Assembly: GCA_976226885.1 (NCBI GenBank)
Contig: OZ320322.1
Location: forward strand, 42,036,001-42,100,000
DNA length: 64,000 nucleotides
Origin: Iphione sp. A-MEVVRFRX5
Lineage: Eukaryota
Direction: 5' to 3'
The position numbers were made by a program, and so were the translations under genes. Positions 38,479 to 48,900 of the stretch are shown in pieces. The notes below the pieces were generated by a model. That model made no database searches, had not been told where the DNA came from, and saw nothing but the letters and a program-made list of their open reading frames with translations. Within the stretch, counting starts at the first letter, position 1. Each line of letters starts with the position of its first letter.

Positions 38479-41153
38479 CCACATTATTATGCACATGCCC
38501 AGCATGGTGCACCACCTCCACCTCCTGGCAGGCGATCTCCTCCAGTCAACAGGGGATTTGCCCCTTGAAGTTCATGAGCCAGTGCAGGCTTCCGTGGTTT
38601 GTCCTGATAACCACCTGCCGGCCCCCGACATAGGTCTTGAATTTGTGGAGGGCAAAGATGATGGCCAGGAGCTCCTTGTAGGTAACACAATATCTTATCT
38701 CTGGCTGGGTTAGGGACCAGCTGGCAAACATCAGAACTTTCTCTTCGCTGTCCTGCTCCTGGAATAGTTATGCCCTGAGGCCCTTGTTTGAGGCATCCGT
38801 ATTGATGATTAACTGCCCCTGCGGTTACAGATACCTGAGGATGGGGGCCTACGCCAAACATGACCTTAGGTCCCTCAAGACTTGCTTTGCATCCTCCTCC
38901 CACCGAAATTCTACCCCTTTATCCAGCAATCAGTGAAATGGAGCTACCCACCAGGCAAACCACTTGATGAAGGTCTGGTCGTAGGATATGAGCCCCAGGA
39001 AGGCTCACAATTCTGCCAGGCTCCGCAGGGTGGGTCACCCCGTTAGCACTGACACCTTCGTGGGATCTGGCTGCGCTCCCTTCGCACTGACTATATGACC
39101 AAGATATTGAACCTGCTGGTGTAATACCTGGCATTTTCTGGGCTTTACCAGCAGACTGGTACTCTCCAGTTGTTCCAGAACTTCCTCAAGCTGCTCACAT
39201 ATCTCCTGCACTGTGGCTCCTATCACTATCACATCATCGAGGTAAACAAGGCAAGAGTCCCCTACCAGGCCCCACAACACCACATCACTGTTGGATCGGA
39301 GCCACATCCCCAGTGTGGATTTTGTGCCCTACCAGGTCTGTCTTCCCTAAGTCCTCTGGGCCTTACTGGAAGGCTCCTCAGGGATGCCACAGGACCTCCC
39401 ACAGCTATGTCACTCTTGGGTATTGTAGGTCAAGGGTAAAGCCCCTCTACAACACCCCTGTAGTCAGCCTCCTCCTCCTTCCCAGGCCCTCCTTCCCTGT
39501 GGGGCTTAGTGCTCCTACCTCTGCCCCACCGGTGGCTTCCCTATGGAATGAGCTGCTCAACTCCTCCAATCCTGTGATGCAAGTCCTCCGTCAAAGCAAC
39601 AGTTCTTCATCCACCGTGTTCAGGCATAGGAGGTGGGTTGGTGCCTCCTTGCTCTACCTGGGCCAACTCCCAGGGTACCCGCAACCTCAGCCTCTGTTCT
39701 GCCTCAATGCTTGCTCTACCATCAAGGTCCATTTCGAGGCCCCACCTATAGTCACTGACACCACAGCTTCAGTTCAGCCCTCCAGCCTAGTGTCCTCCAC
39801 AAGTTGAACTTTCCCTGTTTTTCCTCAGCTAGTGTGTAGTTCGATGGTGCCAGCTGCAGTGTCCACTATCATCCACTCTGTTCCTCCAAGAGACTTCCAT
39901 TAGCTGCGATGATCGTCTGTCCCAAGAGGGTAGTCATTGTCAGCTTCAGGGTCTCCCACTGCCTGGATAGTGTTGGAGGCGCTCATGTCCACCAGCCAAG
40001 TGACCTCCCTTCCCACTACCCTTCCCTGAATGGTGGGCGCTCCTGTATGAAGATCCATGATGATGGTCTAGCCCCCCATCACTGAGGGCTCCAAGCCCCT
40101 CCTGTCCTTCAACCACTTATCCAAATTGTTCTTGGGGATGGATGCCTCTGCCACCTCTCCCAGTCCCCTTACTGGGAAAGTGGCAGATTGTTATCTGCCG
40201 GCTTTCCCCTCTGTGACAATCCTATTTAAAATGCCCTTCCTGCCCACATCAGAAGCACCCAGTTCAGCCTTTGTGCAGAGGATCATTACAAGCCTGGTGC
40301 TCTTCCAGCTTGTCCAACCACTTTGCCAGACAGGCCAGCAGATTGTCCTCCTCCTTCTGGTCACCTCAGGGCAGAGCACCCTGGTTGCTAAGGGGTCTTC
40401 TTCAGGACGGGGCTCACGTTCCTTCTGGCCATGGTAGTAGGGCTTTCCAAAGAAGCCTCTGAGTCTTTGGCTCTGACATTTCCCACCCTCTTCCGGACCA
40501 CCTATTTGCATACTTCCTCATCTCTGAGCACCTGGATGAACTCCCTCCTTACACAGTTCATCTGCCCAGCACCATTGGACACCCGTGTAGGCCCTCCACA
40601 TCAGGTTCTCAATGTCATCCACCAGTTGCGAGATCTGCACATCCCCCTGCTTGTAAGTTTTCGGTTGTTGCTTGTATTTTGTAAGTTTTCAGTGGTTGCT
40701 TGTACAAGTCCACCTGATCCAGCTAGCGGAAGTGCCCATAGGGGGCTTCCACCAATTTCTGGAAAGCATGGGGATCATGCAGCCTGACTCTGGCATTGTG
40801 TATTACTATCTGAGACTCTTCCTTCAATTCCTACTCTTTTGACTCTTGCTCAGGGTCCTCGTCCTGCTCTCCTGTACTTCCAACCTCCCCTGGGTCAGGC
40901 TGGGCTCCCTTCAGACAAGGATCCCTCCGTGCCTATTTGCCCTCAGTGGTCTCTTCCCCTGTTGAGCCTCTGTCCCCATGTTCCAAGGGGGTCTTATCCT
41001 TTGTCTCCTCCCCACAGCCTGGCGGGAGTGCACCCTGGCCGCAGCCTTCCAGGTGGTAGTTGCTCGACTTCACCCCACTCTGCATCCTCCATGCGTGTGC
41101 TGTGGGTGACCCTCCATGTCCCTGTCTCAGCAACTGGTTCTTGGGATGTGGCA

Positions 41154-42877
41154 TTCACCACTTCATTTATTGGCAGGCTTGTAACTCAGACAAACCAATA
41201 TGCGAAGTCACAACGAGAGGCGGCACCAGAGAAACATAAAGGGAAGTGGGAAGATGTTACTCCTGCAAGACTCACTCAGTTTATTGGCTTGACAATTCTT
41301 ATGGGCCTTCTCAAAAAACCGAGAATAAAGGATTACTGGTGTTTATTGGAAGAGATTGCAACACCGTTCTTCAATAAGGTTATGCCGAGAGACGTTTTCG
41401 TCCGAATCATGAGGTTAGTTGTATTCTCCTTACATATTACATCTGAAATCACCAATATAGGGCAAAAGAACAATTTTCCATATTTTTATGGATAGTTTTT
41501 GCAAGGTATTTAGTGCTATATGTCTATTTCCAACAGGTACATGAATTTCGGTGAGAACGTCACCAACGACAATACAGATGCAGCCGCAGCCGAACCTAGC
41601 GACCAACGCCACGCAACCATCCGCAAAGTCAACTGGATGTTTGAGGTCTTCAATAATACAGCAAAGAGAGTCTACCTACCAAAACGTGAAATCGCCATAG
41701 ATGAAACTATGGTCAAACACAAGGGGAGATCACGACACGTGAAGTACATGCCAAATAAACCGATTAAATGGGGCCTGAAGTGTTGGGCTGTTGCCGAGAG
41801 TGCAACTGGTAAGTACCTGTTGCTTTATGGATTGAAATATTTAATAACATGTCAAAATGAAAAAATAAATAGTCAGAATTACTTTTGGGATTATTTACTG
41901 CTCAGATCAAGACTATTTATAACGTTGGGAGATGGTTGGTACAAAGAAATCATTGTTTTTCAGGATATGTCATGCAGGTGTTCCCTAGTTATGCGCGGGA
42001 CGGACGTGTGTCGGAATCACTCTTTGACTCTGTGGTCATGCGTCTACTGAAATCAGCCGACCTCCTGGGTCGTTGTCACCATCTATTCTGTGATAATTAT
42101 TACAGTACTGTACACATGTTTCAGACACTCCTCAATTACAAAACTTATTGTTGCGGTACTATTAGATCCAACAGGAAGTCTTTGCCCAAAGCCCTGATGT
42201 TGAAGAAACACCCAGCTCTAAAAAAAAGGGGTGACAGTATTTTCTCCAAAAGCGGTGATTTGTTGCTCACAGTATGGAAAGACAACAAGCTAGTACATGT
42301 TCTCTCTACCATTCATGGTAGCTTGATGGATGTGTGTAGGAGGACTGCCAAAGACAAAGTAACTGGTAAATTTGAAAAAAAAAATGTTCCATGCCCCTCA
42401 TCAGTTGTTGCCTACAATGCCCATATGGGTGCTGTAGATCTGGCGGATCAGCTCTACCAGTACTACTGTTTCGCCAGGAAGTCCAGAAAATGGACCAAAA
42501 AATTATTCTGGTATCTGGTAGAGCTGATGAAGCTGAATTCATATGTAATGTTCAACAGTATTGCTAGTAAAAAAATGACTTTGTATGATTACTCTATTCA
42601 ACTCGTCCACCAAATGTTGAGAGCAGCTTCAGACAGTAGCTCAGTTACCAGGCCACTTGTTTCAGACTCCCGTTTGACAAGGAGATGCTTCCCTGATGAT
42701 CTTAAACGCAAATCTTATTGCAGGGTATGCTACCATCGTTCAAAATATAATGAAAATGTTACTAAAAAACAGACAAAATATGGGTGTTTGCAGTGTGACG
42801 TCCACCTGTGTCCTATCAATTGCTTCAAAATCTATCACACAGTGTTGGATTATGCAAGGGCCCCAGTCGAAGAGTAG
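41154..42877 (+). CDS. piggyBac transposase A (N-terminally truncated), 3 exons: about 41154-41413, 41537-41808, 41964-42877
   Basis: Introns GTTAGT...CAACAG (41414-41536, phase 2) and GTAAGT...TTTCAG (41809-41963, phase 1) join the frames without stops. Catalytic IDETM, CDNYY and VDLADQ motifs and the C-terminal Cys-rich domain CRVC...CLQC.VHLC..NCF..YH are intact. Confidence 0.88.
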
Positions 42878-43355
42878 ATATGCAACCAACAATGGTGTGC
42901 GTACAGATGTAAAATGAAAGAACATGACAATAAACCTTGAAACTTACCTGTTTTTTCCTTCTGTTTTCTTAAATTGTATTTCCAGTAATGTACATTGTCT
43001 GTAAAGTCAATAGATATCCTACGCAAGCTCATAACGCTCCACGTGTAAAATAATCGGTTACGTAATAGGTTATCCGCTCGGCAATAATCCAGAATGTGAG
43101 TGAAATACGAATAATTCCACTAATATCCATAGAAAGATCAAATCAGTATTTCCTATTGAGTAAATAATTCACAATGTCTATAGATGACATATCCAAAATA
43201 ATTCCTTTTCCAGAGAAATATCTAGTCCGGTGACGCTCCGCGATTACCATAACGTAATAGTAAAGTTGGGGTGTCGCCCCCTACGGAGGAGCGGCTGTAC
43301 TACTGGCCCGCCGCGACGTATCGTCATGAACCGATAGGGGGCCGCCTGGATAGGG
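41154..43355 (+). mobile_element. piggyBac element A, 5'-truncated, with right TIR and TTAA
   Basis: Transposase exons; AATAAA at 42929; right end ...ATGAACCGATAGGGGGCCGCCTGGATAGGG followed by TTAA at 43356-43359. Confidence 0.9.
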
Positions 43356-43359
43356 TTAA

Positions 43360-45949
43360 TGATTGTGCGTTCTTAATGATATTTGGAGAAAATTTAGGTG
43401 ATATAACCCCCTAAAACTTGCATTATTTGTAATTTGGATAAAGTTTATGGTTCGAATGTTTATGACGTTTTCTGTCATGACAACAACCATGCGTCACAGG
43501 TGCCCGCCGATAGCGAGTGCTGCCGTTCATTGTCTGTTTGTGTTGAAATATCCCTAAAATGGCTGCTGCAGATGATGAATTTTCTAGCGACGATGCAGAA
43601 TGGGAAGAAGATCTTCCACTAGCTACCATAAGGCTGTTAGACGGACAGGATGATACATCAGACGATGATTCCCTGTTTGGATCTTCAGATGAAGAACCAC
43701 TACGAAAACTACAGGAGGAAATGTCTGACGCTGACGGTGACGTTGTTGAGAGCGATGAATGTGATATTGATTGTATTTGGAAGGAAACACCCAAGGACCT
43801 GGAGAAGACCCCACCCATCCCTGAATTTGTGGAAAAAGTTGGCATAAATGAGGAAGAAGTCGATCTGCAGAAGGTGAAATCACCATTTGATTTTTTTTCT
43901 TTGTTCATGTCATTGGATCTGATAGGAAAGATCGTGGACAGCATCAACCGGTACACTACTAAGAAGAGACAAGAAGATCCTGAATCCCATAAAATGTCTT
44001 GGACAACACTGAAAATTGATGATTTCTGCAATTTCTTAGGCCTAGGATTGCTGATGGGCATTTTAGGGAAAGTGACTATCAAAGATTACTGGTGTACGTT
44101 GCCACATACCCTGACACCGTCATTTCCAAAATACATGTCAAGGGACCGTTTCACAACAATTCTGAGGTGAGAATATTATTCTCTTGTTGTTTTCCTCTAT
44201 CTGATATGTATGAAGTTGATTTACATGAATTTTTCTAAAATTAAAAGCAATTACATGTACACTCAAAGGCACTCTGTTTGGTTTTTGCACAGGTACCTCC
44301 ACTTCACCGATGACGAATCAATGGATGACAACAGTGAGTCTGGCCCGATAGCAAAGATGCAGCTGATGTATTCACATTTCAACAATGCCATCAAGCGTAT
44401 TTATCGACCAGCAAGAGAACTAGTAGTTGACGAAACAATGGTAAAACATAAGGGAAGGGTCAGGTTTAAGCAGTACATGCCTGCAAAACCCACCAAATGT
44501 GGGTTGAAATGTTGGGGGTTAGCAGATAGTACCAAAGGTTTCCTGTTACATTCCATACCCTATTTTGGCAGGGAGGATCGTGCTGGAGTGAATATGATCG
44601 AAAATGTCATCCTGAAGCTGCTAAGAGGTGCTGACCTTATTGGTAAAAATATGCATGTGTACATGGATAATTATTTTAGTTCTGTCGCACTTTTTGACAA
44701 ACTGAGAGATCTAGGTGTGTTTTGCTGTGGCACTATAAGGCCTAATAGGAAGAATCTACCAAAGGACTTCATGGGTAAAAAATTTGATCAACTCAGCGGT
44801 CAGGGTGACTGTCTGTTTCTAAAAAGTGCTAACTTGTTGTTGTCATTGTGGCAGGATAAGCGTATTGTGAGGGTACTAAGTAGTATCCATGGGACAACCA
44901 TGTCAACTGTGTCCAGACTCTGTAAGGATCCAGTCAGTGGCAAATTTGCAAAAGAAGATGTATGCCCAGCAAGTGTCAGTGCCTACGCAAAATATATGAA
45001 AGGTATTGATCTCAGTGATCAAATGGTTCAGTACTACAAATTTTCCAAAAAAGCTAGGAAATGGACACACAAACTATTCTGGTACTTAGTTGAGGTAATG
45101 AAAATCAATGCTCGAATCATGTATTGTCAGGTCAACACAAAAAAGATGCCCCTTGCAAAATTCACTTATCTTATTGTTGATGGTTTGCTGAGAAATATCA
45201 TTGTCTCAAACAGAATCCCACAACAGGTGACAGAGTTCAGGCTGCGCAACAGATGTTTTCCCACTGACTTCAAAAGGAAAAGCTACTGTAGAGTCTGTTA
45301 TAAACGAGCCATTGCTGGTGTTCAGATCATGAAAAGACAGAGCAGAATGGGCTGTGAGTCATGTAAAGTACACCTATGTATCCCTATGTGCTTTAAGACA
45401 TATCACACAGTCAAAGACTTCGTCCACCATGTTATTGAGGAATGAAAAAAAAAACATGTAGCTCATCAAAAATGCCTATGTATGATAGGCCCTGGCTGTC
45501 CGAATAAAAATATTATTAACTTGAATTCACTCACTTGTGTCTTCCTTCATCTCGTACAGCATCCTTTTGGTACAAAATCCCATAAAGAATTATATATATA
45601 TATTCCATACAAATAATATAATCCACAATGCTCCACGTGTATAGACATTGCGTTATGTAATACGTTATCCACTCGGCAATAATCCAGAATATAAGAGAAA
45701 TACAGATAATTCCACATATATCCATACAGAGATGAAGTCAGTAAGTCCTCCTGATTAAATAATCCATAATGTCTCCATATGTCATATCCAAAATAATTCC
45801 ATTTTTATATAAATACCCTGGCCGATTACGCTCTGTGATTAGCATAACGTAATAGTAAAGTTGGGGTGTCGCCCTCTATGGTAAAGCACAGAACTAGCGG
45901 TGCGCCATGACGTTATGTCATGAATCGATAGGTGGCCGCCGCGAATGGG
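43360..45949 (+). mobile_element. piggyBac element B: complete transposase gene, right TIR and TTAA, no left TIR visible
   Basis: AATAAA at 45503; right end ...ATGAATCGATAGGTGGCCGCCGCGAATGGG followed by TTAA at 45950-45953; no TTAA-CCC left end between 43360 and the ATG. Confidence 0.9.
43559..45445 (+). CDS. Full-length piggyBac transposase B, 586 aa, 2 exons: 43559-44166 and 44293-45445
   Basis: AAAATGG start; acidic N-terminus; intron GTGAGA...GCACAG (44167-44292, phase 2); VVDETM, YMDNYF and IDLSDQ catalytic Asp motifs; Cys-rich CTD CRVC...CESCKVHLC..MCF..YH. 608+1153 nt = 587 codons, no internal stop. Confidence 0.93.
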
Positions 45950-48900
45950 TTAAACATTGAACAATTCTTTGTTTTGGATATGAAGGGAAGGTCATTTCGC
46001 CATGATCTACCCCCCATAGGTATATATCTTCTGCTAAACTTCTAACTGGTCTTAGTGAGTTCAAGCCATTGCCAGTTTATAGTTATACTTAATCTCCCCA
46101 CCTTAAGTATGGTTGGCAGTGCATGGTCAGTCTACGATCACCTGATGTTGAGGCCGCAGGCCGAGACCAAGATGGATGGTAGACTGACTCTGCACAGCCA
46201 ACCATACTTAAATCGTGTTCTGACAGGGCTCATAAATTATAACAAGGTGAAATTATCTCTCAATTTCCCTTGAAATACCTCAAAACTTCATACTTGTAGA
46301 GAGCTTTTGGTCACATTTAGTAAATAAACTGCCTTCTTGGAGATCTCATGGTCATGTGACCTCTGTCAACCAATCAGATCGAAGAAGGATTATTGACTGC
46401 CTGTTTGGGTGAACATAATGCTCTGTACAGAAACCTTTGATTCAAATGGAAATATTAATATTGCTTTAAAACACATCTAAATGTGTGTATCTATTAAATT
46501 GAAACTATTTATCCACTCTAAATCCGTGTTACATTAAAAAGAACAGTGTCATGGCCAGTTGATCATTGCACTTCTTCAGTAATAATAAAAGATACAGTCT
46601 GCAACCCCAGCCATGTTAGAACTAGATTTTGATCTCAACCTTTCTACCAACCAATGTTATTTTAACATGTAGTATATTTTGAGTATTGAGCAGTGAATGA
46701 ACTTATGCAATTTCATCTGATACGAAATCTGCTAATATTCATCAAATTTAACCATGACATTTCCCCCCACACAATATATTATAGGAATGATCTGTGTAAA
46801 TATACCAAACATCTATTATTCATTTTCAGGAAACAATGGTATCCCACTAGAGTATGCTATTGAATAAATGTGACTTAATGCTTCCAAAAGACCATTGCAT
46901 ATTTTTCCAGTGGCCATTCATGATGCTAGTTTTTCTCTGCTTTTGCTAAAACACGATCAAACCGTATGTATGCCAGAGGAGTGTGGTACTAAATCTTTGC
47001 TTGAGTTTTTTTACATCCTTCATCCAACCCAATGGATCTTAACATAGGGCGTGTCCCAATAAAATCAGCGATTTCATCTGTTTGACTTTGTTTATTGACC
47101 GGTCAACAGTCAGAACTTGATGCTATAGTGAAGGGCATGACAGAAGTGATCTAAGCTTTTACAACATACTGATTTATGGTCAACGCCCTTATTGCAAAGA
47201 TTGACGAGGTCTGAATTTCTCAAGATGGAGTTAAATTGTATCTCAGAGATGACTCAACAGGGGCAGCACGATGCCTGACTCTGTGCCTACCCAAGCCCAC
47301 CTCATCTTGTGCTGTCGATTTTGGTCGCACCTTCACACCCTTGTGAGGTGTTAGAATCATGAATGTTGGGTTTGTTGTATTAAATACGTTGCTTATCTTT
47401 GCTGTTTGTTGATCAGAAGTGATATGTGGTGCTCATGTCCTCAGTATCGGTCCTGTAGGCATAGGGCATCACTGGACACATGGTATCATTGGTATGTTTT
47501 AAGCTATCAGGCCAGCTATGATAAGCCCGCCCTGGAGAGAAGATTATTGTGATCCCTCAAGTAGCACCAAATATAGTATTTAATCAATTTTACTTTGTTT
47601 ACAGTAAAGTTTTGTGCTGTATTGAGAGATATGAAAGACACCTTCTTTTAGTGCAAGGCACTCCTTAAGTTATCTAAGAAAAGTTGTGTATAGGGGTAGT
47701 TTAATCAGTTAAAGTCCTCCGACAAGCTCACACTCAATCATCTCCTCCTCTCCAACATGTCCCTTGGACATTACTCTGCGTTACCGCTGGTCCTCAGACT
47801 TTGACTAATACTTAACCCTATAAATACATGATAAACTATAAAGAGACTGCTACCACATTACATGTACATGTAGACATCAACCTCTCTAAACCAAATACAC
47901 CTACATTTTAGTTGCAAAAACTGAGGGCAATGCATTTATCTCCATATTAGAGTACATTAAATTTTATCCGCTGAAACTACGATTAAGGACAATTTTTCCC
48001 TTGTGCAGCACAACAATTTAGGATGGACAACTATTTTCATAATCATCGAAAGCCTCAACCAAAGGACGTTGTCCATCAGCACCACGTATTTTCCTTACCA
48101 GAGTTTCAACTGCCTTCCACTTGCGAACATTCAGTTGTAGGTGATACTTGTTTGTCTGAGTATGTCTTTCAGTGTGTATTTAGGACGGACAATAGGCTGG
48201 CTGTCCATGCAAAGCCCTCAGCCCGGTTTCCTCACCTGCGGTGGTGTCCGCGTGTGTGACTCTATGCATTTCTGTGCATTTTTATTGGACAATAAGCAAT
48301 CAGTTAGAGGGTTTCCTTGTTCATCTGCATTCGTCCTTATTTGTCTGTGTTGCCTGTTTTCAGACCATGTCCGATAATTTCCCGCACACATACACCATAC
48401 ACAACAATGCACTGCTATTATCTCATATTTACTCATTTTTGCTCACTTTTACTCACTTTTCAACATGATCTATGGACATGTCTGCACATGTACACACATG
48501 TCAGTCCTTTTCCATACTTTTTACTGTCATTTTCGTTGACTTTTGCTGCTTTTAGCATCATATTTGTCCTTTTTCATCATTTTCCATACCATTTTCACTG
48601 ATTGTCATGGCTTTTAGCATCATATTTGTCCCCAGGCTGATCAACATTACATGCATTTATATATCATCAATTGAATTGAATTAAAACAGTTTTATTCATA
48701 TCCCAAAGAAAAAGTTCGGGTTCTTCCATTGAATCAAGTGTTTACAAATCATGATTAATTTAAGTAGGATATCTAGGGAGCTTAAGTTTGAATTTCTCAT
48801 TATAGATTGATTTGACACGGGTAGTTTGTTCCAGGCAGCAACCCCATTACACCAAAAGGACCTCTTTATTTAGCTGAGTTCTTGGTAGAATCAGCTTCAA

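Larger units (their letters stand above)
35851..41153 (-). mobile_element. Gypsy LTR retrotransposon, minus strand, decayed: 5' LTR lost, part of RT and all of integrase deleted, accessory 3' ORF retained
   Basis: Gag (FQKLVEAPYGHF...DLYKQPLKTYK; CF*CGQEGHFK*DC knuckle at about 40213-40254); protease WLVDMSAS (about 39990); RT CLVYLDDVIVIG...KPRKC...YLGHIVS (39307-39035); RNase H INTDASNKGL...YCVTYKELLAIIFAL...RTNHGSL (38860-38480); accessory ORF 38478-36195; then the LTR. Confidence 0.88.

Noticed and set aside
41143-41159. TGCCACATCCC (minus) as a 5' LTR start, TGGTGAATGCC as a PBS, or a miR-124-like match
   Set aside because: No counterpart in the 3' LTR, gag homology runs almost to this point, there is no convincing tRNA match, and the 11-nt miR-124 similarity lacks seed and hairpin and lies in transposase coding sequence.
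48023-48259. ORF beginning MDNYF, like the piggyBac catalytic motif
   Set aside because: No other transposase similarity around it; a chance pentapeptide.
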